Below, in pieces: positions 24,767 through 39,560 of a DNA stretch of 56,015 nt. The notes under the pieces are model-generated. The model did no database searches and was not told where the DNA came from. It was given only the letters and a program-made list of their open reading frames with translations. The number at the start of each line of letters is the position of its first letter. Position 1 is the stretch's first letter. The translations under genes were made by a program, and so were the position numbers. Source of the stretch: Octopus bimaculoides (lineage: Eukaryota); assembly GCF_001194135.2 (NCBI RefSeq), contig NC_068992.1, positions 33,587,195 to 33,643,209 of the forward strand, given 5' to 3'.

Positions 24767-25631
24767 GTATATACATATATATGACCTCCAAACCTATCAA
24801 ATAAAAAATACACCATGAAAGAAAGGATAGGTTATTGTGAGCAGTCCATCTTATTTTACATTACTTTATTTTACCAGCAACTATCTAGTCCTAATACATC
24901 ACGAATTTCTATGTTTTACCCACTATTCTACCATCTTAATTTTTATTCAAATTTTGTTCAGATATCACACCCAAACACATACAAATGCATTGGATGCATA
25001 CATACAAGCTGTGACTTCATTTTGATTTCATTTTGAAGTGGGTTTTTTTTCCCCATTTTCTTTACCATTTCAGAAAGGTTTCCTTACAATATGGATTGTA
25101 ATCTTTTTCTCTTAGTTTTTTTTTTTTTCTTCTGACAGCTCATATTGACATCAGCTTCATCTGCACTAACAACACACATTCTGATAATATAAATCAAAGC
25201 ATTTTATTTCAATCCTTAACAGTACATCTAAGTTACTTGCATGAAAGTTTTAGCTGGAAGCGATGAAATTATTTCATACAAAACAAAGATGTATTTTTTA
25301 ATGGGGCTGAAATCTAAAGAGGAAAAGCGTTTACATTAATTTAATTGAAACTAAGATTAGTATAAAATTATAGTACTTACAATCTACAGTTTTAATACAG
25401 AATTATAACAAAGATATTATTTAAAAAATATTAAAGCATCAAATAATATATGGAAAAGAGAAATTGATTGTCCCCAGTGAGAATTTTGTGTATGTGTGAA
25501 GATTAAAGTTGATGAATTCCCATTGGTACTCAATTGTTCTGCACCCATTATAGAATGAAGGTATAGACAAACATCAAAATATATTGTATTTCTTTATCTA
25601 AAATTACAGGTGGTATGTCTGTGTTTAGCTA

Positions 25632-26934
25632 CTAGAGTGGACTGAAAAGTTCATAGGCTGACTATGAAAGAATGATGCTGGAGGTGTGAAATCTTGCATG
25701 TATTAATTTCAACTATTCTTATCAATAACTGTATTGTTTCTTTCCAGGTAAACTGACATCTGATTGTTCAAAGGACACTTCAAAACTAACTAGTAGCAAC
25801 TTCTCTTGAAAATGGACAGAATTTGACAAAATTTGGCATCAATTTGGCATTAATGTTATCAAGCACCTGCAGAAAAAGGGTTTAGCACCCAAGGACATTC
25901 ATGCTGACATGGTTGCTACACAAGTATGATGCACCAGCTTCATTAACAGTGTAAAAATGGGAAGATGAATTTAGGAGGGGAAGGGAGAAGCTAGAGAATT
26001 ATCCAAGGTTTAGATGTCCAGCAATTGCTACCATCACAAAGAATATTGACTGTGTTCACCATATGCTGATGGATGAGAGACAATTGACTATAAATCAAAT
26101 AGCCAATGCTAACCCATGTGAGAGTTGTGAATATTCTGCACAATGAACTTGGTATATCAAAAGTTTCTGCTTGGTGAGTGTCACGTCTTCTTACACCCTA
26201 TCAAAAGTGCACCAGGCTGATCGCATCATGAAAAAATCTGACATTGTTTGAGGTGTATCCAGCTGGTTTTCTTGACCATTTCATAATCCAGGATGAGTAT
26301 TGGCTTCTTCACTTTGAACCAGAGACAAAGAGACAATCCATGCAGTAGAAACAGCCTTCTTCTCCTGCTCCAAAGAAGGTAAGATAATTTCATCTGCAGA
26401 GAAGGTGATGGTTTCAGTTTTTTGGGGAGAGCAAATGGTATTATGTTTATTGGCTACCTTCAAGAGAGCCACACCATTAATAGAGAGTATTATACCAACT
26501 TGCTGAGGCAATTACAATAGACTATCAAGATGAAACACCCAAGAAAACTGATGAAAAGTGTTTAGTTCCATCAGGATATTGATCCAGCACAAAAGTCTTA
26601 GGTTCCAATGGTTGCCTTGAATGACTGTGACTTTGGACTGGTTAATGCTCTCTTTATTCGTCTGATTTGTTCCCATTTGACTATCATCTTTTCCTCAAAA
26701 TGGAAAAGCACTTTGCTGGAAAGCAGTATCACAGTGATGATGATATCATGTCTGCTTTTGATAACTATTTTGACCAACAGGGCAAAAACTTCTTCACCAA
26801 TTGGATCCAAGCACTGCAACACTGATGGAAGAAGTATGTGGACTGCAAGGGAACTATGTTGAAAAACAAACCTTATTTGGTCACATTCAACGAGAGTATC
26901 TTGGTCTGCCTATGGACTTTTCAGCCGACACTAG
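25632..26934 (+). mobile_element. Mariner DNA transposon relic, about 1.30 kb
   Basis: Roughly 31-bp imperfect TIRs (ctagagtggactgaaaagttcataggctgac vs reverse complement ctagtgtcggctgaaaagtccataggcagac) with TA TSD. Remnants are QDEYWLLHFEPETKRQS, KVMVSVFW and degenerate YSPDL. Confidence 0.9.
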
Positions 26935-28049
26935 TATGAATACCTACCATGGGAAAGTACAATACATGAACATATTAGTTAATTCAAGATTTAGAAGATT
27001 GTCTTAGAGATAACCTCTTGCTATAACTCCTCGTTATCATGTGACAGTTACATCCCTTCAAAATCAGTAAAATGGTATTGAAATCTAAATGATTATTTCT
27101 CCTTATTCTTAATTAACTACTAATTACTTTGTATGAAATTTAATGATTTACATTTTTATTGGGTGAACTAAATTTAAACAATTTTGATCTAAACTTTATA
27201 TGAGAGGATGGTGACAGTTGGAATGTCTGCTTGATGAGGTTTGACTGGAAGCTAAACTACAACAACATACCCTCTTAACAGTGGCCAAACTTGGTAATTA
27301 ATTCTTAATGCTAATGGATGAAAACAATTGGTTTGTTGTTAAGGATCTTGCTTCACAGCCATGTGGTATGAAGATTAAATCTATTCTGTGAAGCCTTAAG
27401 TAATGTCTTCTACCATAACTTTGGGTTGGCTCATAACTTGTGAGTGAAATTGAGGAGCAGAAACTGTGTGGAAGCCTGTCATATATCTAAAGGAAATAGT
27501 GAATTTGGCAGATTGTTCATGAATTTAGAGCCATCTTAGGAAAAACACAAAAATTAGCTGTCACAAAGATATCCATTGTAGTGGACTGCTCCTCAGTATG
27601 GTTACGAGTTTTAAGTCACCTGCCATCACTGCTACCAGTGATGCATCAGGGTCATCCTCAATATTTGGCTACAAACACAACATATCTAATTAGCTGGATT
27701 TTAAATTAGCAAACCTACTTCTTGTATGTCATCATGAAAATAGTACAACAGTGACTGCTATTGATAATATAAAGGAATGGAAAACTTTAGGAACAACATT
27801 TGAAATCATAAATGACAGCTAGAGTTACTGAAGATTTAGCTTCCCAATTTTTAGAGGTGGGGGTCAGTCAGCTGTATAACTTTAATGGGTAAAGTAAAAA
27901 ATATTTGAATGAAATTATATCTGCACTGTCCTAGAACTAGTCACTATTATTCCTCATACAGAAAAGCTATTATCTTCTTGTCTAGTATCTGATTTTATAG
28001 AAGGAAATAAAGAAGCTAGTCAACATAATGTAAAAGAGCAAGGAGAAAC

Positions 28050-29100
28050 AGTGAGGGTTTATACTGAAGCAGTGAATTTCTTAATGAAAAATATAGAAAT
28101 AATAGAAGGATATAGTTTCATGTACTTACATTTTTAACATCAATGACGTGATCCTATTTGTGAAATATAGAACAGCGCAAAACCACATTGCAAAAGAAAA
28201 ATTACTGATATTTAGTTTTAAAAAATAAGTGAAGATTGTAAATCATGCCAAAATTCTAGGAAAAACTATAAAGTTTTGTAAAAGCTACACTTTCAGGTAT
28301 CTGGAAAGAACATGGAAGACTATGGATAAGTGCTTCAGTGTTGGAAAATTGGTTTTCATATCACTATGTAGCAGGAATATTCCATTTCATACTTTGCTAA
28401 ATATAAATAATACACCATGTCAATCACCTTGTATCTACAACATCAACCAAATATCTGGTTAATGTTTACTCCACCGAATACAATATTTTTGCAACCAATA
28501 GATCAAGGCGTTATTGCCACATTTAGAGCATATTATCTTCAGCATTTAATAAGTACTTTTGAGGAGACAGGATGTCCAATGCTAAAAGAATTTTCAAGCA
28601 TTCCATCTTATGGAAGTAATTAAAGTAATAAAAGGTGTCCATAATAATGTCACAGAGAAAACTATAGAAAACATGTAGAATATACTCTGCCCTTAATTTA
28701 TTGATAATTATAAAGGATTTGAAGAGTCATCAGAGGTTGTGTTTTCAATTTATCAGAAGCAATTGTTGACATTACTGATGAGCTGCAACTAGATGACATA
28801 AAAGATGTGTTGCTATCACATGGATAAGTGTTCACAAAAGAAATGAAAGAATGTTATGAAAAGCTGAAAAAGATCTAACAATGGAAATTCTTGTTTATAC
28901 TTTCAATCTTAAAGAGCTTCTAAAGTTCTTTGTATATATTGAAAATCCTACTGAAATTTTCAACATTCTGTGTATGAATGAAGTAGAGAAGTTGCAGCAG
29001 ATCTGGTTATATCTTATGTTTTCTATTATGAAACTTATAATGTAAAGAAAAACACTTCGTAACATCATCAAGGAACTCTTGTACATTTTTAACGAGAAAA
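28050..29100 (+). mobile_element. pogo/Tigger-like DDE transposase relic
   Basis: FTPPNTIFLQPIDQGVIATFRAYYL at about 28465-28540 matches the pogo/Tigger PPNTTS.IQPMDQG motif. Boundaries are approximate. Confidence 0.65.
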
Positions 29101-29867
29101 GGAAACTCTTCTCACTTGAAGTGAACCAAAAACAAAATGTCAAAGTAACATCTTATGATGGACTTTAAAAGTGTTTGAAAGAAATATTGAGTGAAAAATG
29201 ATGGAAAAGAAAAACAAAACACAAAAAGAAAATGTGTATATTATTTGAAATGGTTTATTTAATTATTTATTTAATCAAATTATTGTTTTCATTTTCCTAA
29301 TTTAACGTTTAAAAGAATTTCTTAAACCAAATCTCATTAGAGACAACATAACTGTCATTTATTAAGCATCTCATTTAATCTTCCATTTAACAACAGAATA
29401 TTTGAAACCAATGGAATCATTAAATTGAGATATTCTTGTACGTAAAAATATTAATGTTTAGTATAAGGAATATTTTCTTTCTTATTTTCAACTTCTTGAA
29501 ATTAATGTTTACTACCAGCTACTTGTTGTATTTATGTCTTGATTCATCTACACCTGCCTTTTCTAAGATACATCTTTCTGTCTATTTCTCTCAAAGTATG
29601 TCTCTTTTTTTCTCATAGTGTCTATATATTTCTTTATTTTTCTCTTTCTCTTTTTCCTTTCTCTCACTTGGCAGCAGAATAAGCTTCTGACATAAGGAAC
29701 ATGTCCCATTCACAAGCAGCAAGGGAGCTGGCACTTAGTGCTTGCCAGATGAAAAATAAAGCAAGGCATGAGGTCAGGTGCTAATAAATGATGAACAGAG
29801 TATGTGAATTTGCCACTTCTGCTTAACCTTTCTGGAATGGTTTTCTCAGTCTATTTTTGTGCGATAT

Positions 29868-29980
29868 TGGTTGGCCTGAGGCTATAGTACAAACCCTTGC
29901 CCAAGATGCCACGTAGTGGAACTAAACCCAGAACCATGTGGTTGAGAAGCAAGCTTCTTACCTCACAGCTACACATGCAC
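29868..29980 (-). mobile_element. SINE family A, 5' fragment
   Basis: Reverse complement of the head (ttgcccaagatgccacg..agaaccatgtggttg..aagcaagcttcttacc). Confidence 0.7.
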
Positions 29981-30271
29981 AAATGTCATTTTTTCCCCAA
30001 AATAAATTGCACTTCATATTCAAGGCTCTAATTAAGTTGTAAGGTGTTATTCCAGCACTCAATTATGAGTTACCTGCATCTTATACTAGAAACAGCTGTA
30101 AGCTAACGAAATTCATAAGATAATAGTTTATTTCTTTGTCATTTCATTTTCTGATATATATANNNNNNNNNNNNNNNNNNNNNNNNNNNNNNNNNNNNNN
30201 NNNNNNNNNNNNNNNNNNNNNNNNNNNNNNNNNNNNNNNNNNNNNNNNNNNNNNNNNNNNNNNNNNNNNNN

Positions 30272-30338
<67 letters not shown>

Positions 30339-30499
30339 CATACATACACATACTTATTTCAGTTTCTATATACCAAATCCATTCACAAGACTTTGGTTGA
30401 CACAGGGCTATAGTAGAAGATACCAGTTCATAGTGCCACCCTGAATTACAACAACAACAACAATAATACTAATTATTATCATAATAATAACAATGATAA

Positions 30500-31040
30500 T
30501 GATAATTTCTTTTGTTACATGGTGTTTGATGAGAGGGACATTACAAGGACAGTTTACAATTTGCATGGAGGTTTGCATAAAGAAGATGAAGGGAAGAGCT
30601 GGGGTAAAAAGTATACATAGTATACAAAATTTTAGAACATATGTTTATGTAGTCATTTTAATACAAGAGAGCTTCTAACTGAGATCAATTAACGAATCCC
30701 ACAGATCTAGAATGGATCCCCATAACCACTAAAGATACATGACCTTCCCCAACTGTTGTTCTTCAATCTACAGGCATATTCTTAGACTAGTTCCATTCAT
30801 TCTGACTATTTTTGCCATAGTTAGCCACTTGTTAACAAAATTTACAGGGGAAAGCTTTTCCTTCTCCACCATCACTTTTATTTCCAAATGGCTTCATCAA
30901 AGAAGAAGGGGTCTGCCCTCAATCTTTTCAGCCCCATTCACCACACAATTTTTTTTGCTATCTACACCAAAAAAAGAAACATTGCCTGCCTCACCTTGTG
31001 AAAGGTGGGTACTGAGGGGATCCTCTCAATAAACTCAGTT
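30500..31040 (-). mobile_element. Tx1-like LINE 3' fragment
   Basis: The minus strand encodes EKEKLSPVNFVNKWLTMAKIVRMNGTSLRICL*, homologous to EREVLSPSKFLEKWVNVTRMACGNGPTLSVCL* at 3551-3650. Confidence 0.65.
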
Positions 31041-31130
31041 GTTAATTGGATTCATCCTACACAGGCAATATGTATGGTGGAATCTGAAGGCTGTGAGTTT
31101 AATCCTCACCTGGGACATATCATTTATCTA

Positions 31131-31518
31131 GGTGCAGAAGTGGCTATGAGTTAAGAAGCTTGCTTCCCAACCACATGGTTCTGAGTTCAGTCCCACTGCA
31201 TGGCATCTTGGGCAAGTGTTTTTTTTTCTGTAGCCTCAGGCTAACCGAAGCCTTGTGAGTGGATTTCGTAGACAGAAACTGAAAGAAGCCCATTGCATAT
31301 ACAAGTGTGTGTGTGTGTTTGTCCCCCAATCACCACTTGACAACCGCTGTTGGTGTATTTACATCCCTGTAACTTAGTAGTTCAACAAAAAGACTGATAG
31401 AATAAGTACTAAGCTTAGAAAATAACTACCGGAGTCAATTTATTCAACTAAAAATTCAAGGTGGTGCCCCAGCATGGCCGCAGTCTAATGACTGAAACAG
31501 GTAAAAGATAAAAGATAA
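31131..31518 (+). mobile_element. SINE family A
   Basis: Full-length copy homologous to 19085-19503. Confidence 0.85.
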
Positions 31519-31954
31519 CTAAGCAATGCTTGGATACTGACAGATCAAGGATTTTTTTATCTATAGATATAGTGGCCTCCATTCCAGTAAGTCTTTCATA
31601 AGATATCAGCTACTTTTATCCTAATCAACTCCTAGAGTTTCCCAAGAATGTTATTGCTATTACACACCACTAGCTCTCTGGTTGCAGTGCTCGACTAGTC
31701 AAAGGACAGCAACTGTCTGACTGCATTTCAGATACAAAATGCACAATGTTGGTCTTTTGTTGATCCAAGACTTCAAGAAACTGTTTTTGATTTTTGATTT
31801 CAAAAGAAGGCCAGCTACTAGACTCGTGCTTATTTTATAGATTTAAGAGGAAAGAAAAGTAAAATTGATCTTAGCAGGAATTGAACTCAATGTCAAAAGC
31901 CAGAAGAAATATCATAAAGAATGTTTCCTAATGCTCTAATGATTCTGCCAGTTT

Positions 31955-31993
<39 letters not shown>

Positions 31994-32100
31994 AGAAGAA
32001 GAAGAAGAAGAAGAAGAAGAAGAAGAAGAAGAAGAAGAAGAAGAAGAAGAAGAAGAAGAAGAAGAAGAAGATGATGATGATGACGATGACGATGATGATG
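31955..32100. repeat. (CAG)n-(GAA)n-(GAT)n compound microsatellite
   Basis: Direct read. Confidence 0.95.
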
Positions 32101-32289
32101 AATTCTTTCTATTATAAACACAAGACAAGACCTGAAATTTGGGAGGAAGGGTAAGTCTGTGCAAATTACATATGTTGTGAGTACAGACATCCAGCTGGAG
32201 ATGGACATCACAAAGAGGAAAATAGGGAAATAGCTGTGGAATAGTATTACCCAATGGAAAAAAAGAATGACACCCAGACCCAGAAGACA

Positions 32290-33540
32290 CAAGATACAAG
32301 TATCCAAAAGTATTGGATTTAGATATAATGTCTAGGTATGAAGGACACCTACTTTGACAGACCTTTGACATACCTACTTTGATAGACAGGGTAAGGGCCT
32401 GAAGACTAAGTTTAATTCCCAAAGCCTTGTATGTGGCATCAATACCTGAGGCATAGCTGTGGTTCACTACAGTGGAGCCATCCTTGGTGGGACACTAGAG
32501 GAATTTGATGAAATTGACCAAGGTACACAGAAATTGTTGTGCAAATTTCCTCCAACCAAAAGCAAACATAACACACTTTACATGGACAAAAAGACAGCAC
32601 AGTAGGAGTATGATTAGCAAACTGAAATATGTTGTAAAAAGACAAATGCTGGATTTGTATCTGGTAAGCAGCAAAGAGGTTTTGCTTCAATATATTACTA
32701 AGTCAATGAGTTTAAGAAGGAGAATATTGAAGTCAAAGATTCATTCAAAGTAAAAGTATAAAATGAAAGAGATTGGAGATCAATGGACGAACAGGAAAAG
32801 TTTGAAAGGGAAACTGGGAGTGTGAAGACAGATGATTCATGGACATGGCAAGAAGAAGAGAACTAAAAAGGAAACAAAGTGTTCTTATTTTAGCTCAGGA
32901 CCAAGTCTTTGTGACCAACTCCATAAAGAAGTCTATCTACAAGATTACTGAAAGGGACAAATGCCACTTGTATAGGAGAGGTGTAGACAATGTGCTCAAT
33001 GTGAATAGAAAGGCCACCACAACAAAGTAACTCAGTACATTTACATAGAGTCCCTGTAAACTCTATGGATTAGAAATAATATGAACACAGGACACAGCCA
33101 GTCATGGAGAACAACAGTGTGAAAATTCTGTGGGACTTTAATGCACAAACAGAGTGATCAATGACTGGACATTGTGTTAGTGGTCAAAGAGTCCCACGAA
33201 ACTATCATTATTAACATAACAATTCCAGAGTTCCATAATGTAACAGATTAAGAAGTAGGAAAGATTACCAACTATGAACTAGAAAGAATGTGGGACCCCA
33301 TTGTTAGATTATTCCTGTTGTTTTGAAACACTGGGGTCTATTCCAGTGACATTGCCACAATTTCTTGACCAGATTAAATCAAATGAAATATCAACATTGT
33401 ACAAAAAAACTCTCACATTAGGCATTTTTCATATCCTGTGGGAGATTTTTTCTGTCTGAAGTCTTAGACCTGACATAAAGATCTTAAAAGAAAATCAAAC
33501 CAATTTTTAGGAACTGTGTGAAGTACAATAATAATAATTC
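32290..33540 (+). mobile_element. Old, degenerate R4/Dong-type RLE LINE 3' part
   Basis: Remnants GINT*GIAVVHYSG, AQDQVFVTNSIKK and ENNSVKILWDF; ends in aataataataat. Confidence 0.6.
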
Positions 33541-33911
<371 letters not shown>

Positions 33912-34654
33912 TTGTCATTTACACTCAAAGCCAGGGAAAAGGTTAGTCATTGCACTTAGCTTCCAATACTTGACTAATACTTATTTTTATTGACTCCAAA
34001 AGGATGAAAAGTTGACCTTGGCAGAACTTGAAACTAGAACATAAAGAAATACTACAAAGCATTGTTTCTGACACTTTAATGGTTCTACTATAATAATCAC
34101 AACTGGAGCTTTTATACAACTATCTGTTTAAGACCAATGACAAATTACCTTTCAAGAGTTATGGAAATGTTGCAGAAAATAGCATTACTAGAGTCTGTCA
34201 ATATTTTTAGAGCATTCTCATACAGCATTTGCTAACCTGAACATCCTGCTTGACATTTAGTATTTTTGTTATCTCTGAACATTGCCATCAATCTTGAACA
34301 TCCTTTTAACTCTGAATACTTACTTTTATGCCAGATTTCCACTCCATGTTTTTAACTGAAGTATTTTTGCTAACTGTAATTTTTTTTAACCTTGAACACT
34401 TCTATACAGGTTCTTCAAGTTGTACCTAATTCTTTGACATTTCTCAAACCAGTAATAATAATAGAAAGTATAGAATAAAAGAAATACATTTCATTGATTC
34501 TTAAGTGTTCAAGTTGGCTATAAAATCAGTTAGAAATTGATTTGAAACACATAATATTAGTCATCCTTAAATATGCATATATATATATTATATATTTAAA
34601 AAAATGTAAAATACTTACTGTAAATAAAACAATAACTTTATTCATCTGTCTTCT

Positions 34655-34874
34655 TTTATCTTTTACTTGTTTCGGTCATTTGATCATGGCTATGCTGGGG
34701 CAGAGCTTTGAGAAATTTTTGTCAGATTAATCACCCCAGTACTTTTTTTTTAAACCTAGTACTTATTCTATCAGTCTCTTTTGCTGAACCACTAACTTAC
34801 AGAGATGTAAACACATTAATACTGGTTGTCAAGTGGTAGTGGGGAACAATTACATACACATATATACATATAAC

Positions 34875-34907
<33 letters not shown>

Positions 34908-35070
34908 TATATAACAGGCTTCTTTCAGTTTCCTTCTACTAAATTCATTCAGAAGGCTTTGATCAGCCCAAGGCTATAGTAGAAGACTCTTGGCCAAGGT
35001 GCCATGAAGCGGGACTAAATCTAGAATCATATGGTTCAGAAGCAAACTTCTTACCACATAGCCACGCCTG
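34655..35070 (-). mobile_element. SINE family A
   Basis: Reverse complement of a full-length family A copy with internal (AT)n. Confidence 0.8.
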
Positions 35071-35679
35071 TCTTGTTCATAATTTTAATTATTGAATTTT
35101 TCTTTAAGACCACGTGAATAACAGTCCTCTACACTTCACTGAAGTTATCTAGAAAATGATAATAAGTAGTGTACATATGAAATATTAAAATAGTAACACT
35201 GACCCACTAATTAGAAAACAAGGTATTTATGAATATCGATATAATATCTGTTCATTGATTTATGTATACACAGGTAGTAAATTATCAGAATTATTTAACA
35301 AAATGTTATGTATTAACATCAGGTAATGAATATAAAAATCAATAATAAATCACTATCTCTCAGAATCAAGAATGTGTTTTAAACTTTTGGAAATGGGCCT
35401 CAGATATGTGCTTAAGATCAACAAATCAGTGGAGGATGCAAGCAAATTAAAGAAATTTGTGATAATTGTACAATTTGATTCTTTCCCAAAATTTTATATT
35501 CTTTAAGCTTTCTTCCTTTTATTTCATAGCAAATATAAATGTCAACAAGATATCAAATGTTGAAAATAAAATTATTCTTTTGCCTAATGTAATCCATTCG
35601 ATGTACAAATATCAGAAGTTTTACTTCAGATTTTTATCACAAAATGGGAACATCACCCAAATCTTCCTCCTCCACCTCA

Positions 35680-36821
35680 CCATCATCATCATTTAATGTC
35701 CGTATTCTATATTGGCATGGGTTGGACAGTTTGAAAGAATCTGATGGAACCAAGGACTACATTGTGCTCCAGTGTCTATTTTGGCATGATTTTTATGGCT
35801 GGATATCATTCCTATTACCAGTCTCTTCACAATATATAATGGGTGCTTTTTTCATGCCACCAGCACTAGTGAGGTTGTCATGTTGTTTGCAAGTATATGA
35901 AGTCAGAGAGAGCAGCTTTTTGCTTGGAGATGTGTAGGAAATGTTTGAGAGCAGAAGTGAGAATAGAGTAGATTTCTTGCAGTAGAGACATGACAACTCA
36001 CATCTTAGAAGAGAGAGTTGAGTAATCTGATGGAGCTGGGCACAGATAAAAATAGTAGTAAGGAGGTGTCAGGATGGAGCTTCAAGGTATGAATTGGGTT
36101 GCAGTGAGTGGAAGAAGGACCAGGAGTATTGATGAGTGGAGGATGCAAGAGTACAGGATGACTGAGAGATGTTGAATAGGTGTGAGGAGAAAGGCAGTCA
36201 CAGTAAATATTGAATAGCGTTGAAGGGTGAATGTAGCAAAAGGGAGATATCAATGATGCATAAGTCACAGGTATGTAAGGCTGACAGTGCAGAGCAGCAG
36301 AATAGTAATGAGAGTACATAAACAGGTGAAAGGCTGGTTGGGTAAGTTGCAGGAGTGTGGAGAGGAGAAGAGAGAGAGAGGCAGGCATAGTGCATTAGGT
36401 GGTTGAGAGATGTAAAATGGTAGAGGAGCTGAGATGATTTGGTAGCACAAAGAGGTGAGATGTGAGTACTGAAAGTATGGCTGGTAAGAAAAATATTAAT
36501 GGATGAAAGATGGAATTCAAGTGGAATGGATCCAGGTAGTAATAAGAAAGTTACCAAGGAAGAATTACGGTTAGTGGGCAGTGGGTGGGGTGTTTTAAGA
36601 GAACGAAAATCAGGCAAAAGGTACAGTTATACACATACTATACACCCATGTCAGTGGCATGTAAAAAGCACCCAGCACACACTGTAAAGTGGGTGGCATT
36701 AGGAAGAGCATCCAGCCATAGAAGCCATCCCAAAACAGACAATTGGTGTATGACAGCTCCCTAGCTGGCCAGCTCCATGTCAAACCAACCAACTCATGCA
36801 AGCAGGAAAAACGGATGTCAA

Positions 36822-36855
<34 letters not shown>
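35680..36855. mobile_element. Divergent RTE-like 3' tails, minus (about 35680-35900) and plus (about 36640-36855), around a GA-rich tract
   Basis: catcatcatttaatgtccg..ggcatgggttggacagtttg on - and gcatgtaaaaagcacc..aacggatgtcaaatgatgatg on +. Confidence 0.55.
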
Positions 36856-36856
<1 letters not shown>

Positions 36857-37033
36857 ATATGTATATCAATTGCCAGCAGGAACAGTACATTTTGTTATGC
36901 AACATAATATACTACCAAGTATATTAAAGGCTTATAAGCCAATACTGTATCCTACATGTATTAGCAGTGCAATTCAATAACTTCTACAAGTTTACTGCTA
37001 AATTTAGTGCCTATTTAAGCAATATGTTCATGG

Positions 37034-37085
37034 ATGTGGTGCTGAAGAAGGAACAATAACTTCTAAAATATGCATATACACCCAT
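37034..37085 (+). ncRNA. Hammerhead ribozyme relic (G12-to-A core mutation)
   Basis: atgtggtg CTGAAGA agga-acaataac-ttct AAAA TATGCATA TA cacccat. Helix I is 7 bp with one bulge, helix II is agga/ttct and helix III is the palindrome ATATGCATAT; GAAA is replaced by AAAA. Confidence 0.55.
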
Positions 37086-37237
37086 TACCTGTTTTTCTAT
37101 CTTAGACTGCATTGTTTACATAGATGTATTCATATACAAAACATCATAACTGTCAATGCTGGCTCTAATTTCTATAGAAAATCTGTACAGATAACTTTAA
37201 ATTTTTTTAATATTTATATATATTTACACACACACAC

Positions 37238-37272
<35 letters not shown>

Positions 37273-37289
37273 CACATTATCCTGTTATC

Positions 37290-39560
37290 CTGGTTCTTCA
37301 TGAAGTTCAAAGTCTTGAGATTAACCTTCACCAATTGTTCCATGTCTTCTGGGGCTTCTCCTTCCACATTAAGTGATCAGCACTTCTTTACATCTTCATA
37401 CAGTTATTCTCATCCATACACATCATATATCCTTACCAGTGCAGTCTTCTTTCTTGTACACTACATTTGATTTCTCTTATACCCAGTATTTTTCTCAGCA
37501 CATTGTAGGTACACTAACATTGCACATCCAACAGAGCGAGCTCACTTCATTTCTTTCCAATCTTTCCAAGTACTTTACATTCAAAGATTATGTCTCTCTA
37601 CTATGCAGTATAACAGTTCAGCCACAGGTGTCATGCAATCTACCCTTCACTCTAAGAGAAAAGACACTTGTAGCAGCATTAGAAGGTCCTGAAACTTTCT
37701 CAAAATCATTCCTAATCTGGCAGCTATACTTTCAGAGCAACCTTCTTGTTAATTTTAGGGAAACTATTTCTGGTATACTCATAATGCATACAGTTCCAGT
37801 GCATCTATCACATATAAAGTTTATTTCCAACTGTTGCTCTGACACTAAGATGTAATGGGCTGATGACTGAACCTTTTTGATCTCCAACTTTTACACTAAA
37901 TCATTGTCAACTCACACTTTACTTCTTGCATTTTATGTGTAACCTGTACTGCCTTTGCAAGCTTTTCATATCTATCTGATTGCCTTGGTACCACAATTTA
38001 CTGAGTTGGGTACCCTATCAAATGCCTTTTCCAAATCAACAACAGCCAAGAATAGTGGTTTACTCTTAGCCAAGTTTTCTCACTTGGAAAACTACATCTG
38101 TGTACCTATCCCCAAGACAATGAAAATCTACAGTTCATCAAGGTCTGTTGTGTCACTGATCAACTGTTCTATGCTTCAGTCAAAGGTATATTAGTTTGAT
38201 TCCCCTGTGGTTATGTCTCTCTAATCCATCACCTTTGCCTCTGTAGATGTTTACAATGATACTGCTATGTCAGTCATTTGAATTGATACCTTCCTATATA
38301 ACTTGATAAAGTTTCCTGGTGATAATCATATATCCTACCTCACCAAATATTTTCAGCATTTCTAGAACTATCCCTCATAGATCCATAGCTTTAACTCTTT
38401 TCCTGTTCTTGGTCCCTTTATTTAACACATTGCTAGCAACTTGAATTGCTGGTCCCTCTGTAGGTCAGCATGAGATAACTCTTCTTTATCTCATGCATTC
38501 TCTATATTCAGCAGTGCTACTTCCTAATATCACTTTCCTTCTAGGTTTTCCAAGATTGTCTTTTAATTTCTTCCATTTTATCAATCATATTATGCCACTA
38601 CCATGTTACTTTCAGTTTGACAAGGACTTTGCTCCATCCACATGTCTGTTCTGTATTCCTATGCAGGTAATTTCATTGAAATTTGCAGTTGCCCTCTTTG
38701 GCTATAGATATCTAAATTTTCCTCCATACAACCATAAGTATCATTTAATATTTTGCTAAATCTATCTAAAATTGTAGGATCTTTTAATTCCCATATCTCT
38801 TTCACCATGTCGTATTTTGCTTCTGTTCTTGCCTTGCTCTGTAGTTACTATCCACTAATCTATGCTGCATAGAGCATTATTTATCAGGAAAATTTTGTTA
38901 TTTACAATAGCTTTTCCATCCTGTTTTCTTTTGAGAATGTTATCTGAGTAATGGATTTTACCAGATTGGTAAGGAATTAGGTATTTTCCCTGGTTTCCTA
39001 AAGTGTGTGTTGCAAATTGTTACATCACTTGCATCACAGAACTCCAGGGGTCTCACACCAACCTTATTTTTTAAAATCAAAATCATAGCTTCCACGTATG
39101 TCATAGAAGCTATCAATGTGTTGGCCAACAAACCCATTGAAGTGGTTGGTCATGATGTTGCTGTCAGTTGTCATCAAGGTTGTCTGCAGAAGAGTTTCAC
39201 AGAAATAGTCCTGTTCTTCGGGCAATCCTGTTTATATGGCATATGCTGAGATAAAAGTTGCTCTTGAACTATTTATAATTAATCTCAACTAAATCATCCT
39301 TTTGTGCAAACTGTGACTATCTCAGTTATCTTATCTATCCTTCTCTCAGCTGACAATATGTCTATTTCACCTCTGATATCACAGTTACTCATCCAGAAGA
39401 ATTTGTACTGCTCTCTCTTGCCGGTGAGGAATTTGGTTAAAGATCCCTCCCATCCTATCTCTTGAAAGCAACATACATCCATTCATTTCTGTTGCAACAT
39501 TTCCACAAGTTCACCAGAATTACCTTTGTTTATGGCTGCTATCCAAAAGTTTTGAAATTT
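37290..39560 (-). mobile_element. Highly degenerate RTE LINE (APE plus RT remnants)
   Basis: DVCCFQEIGW..YKFFW at 39294-39482, an HFNGFVG remnant at about 39130, and RT/C-terminal remnants toward 37300. Confidence 0.6.
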
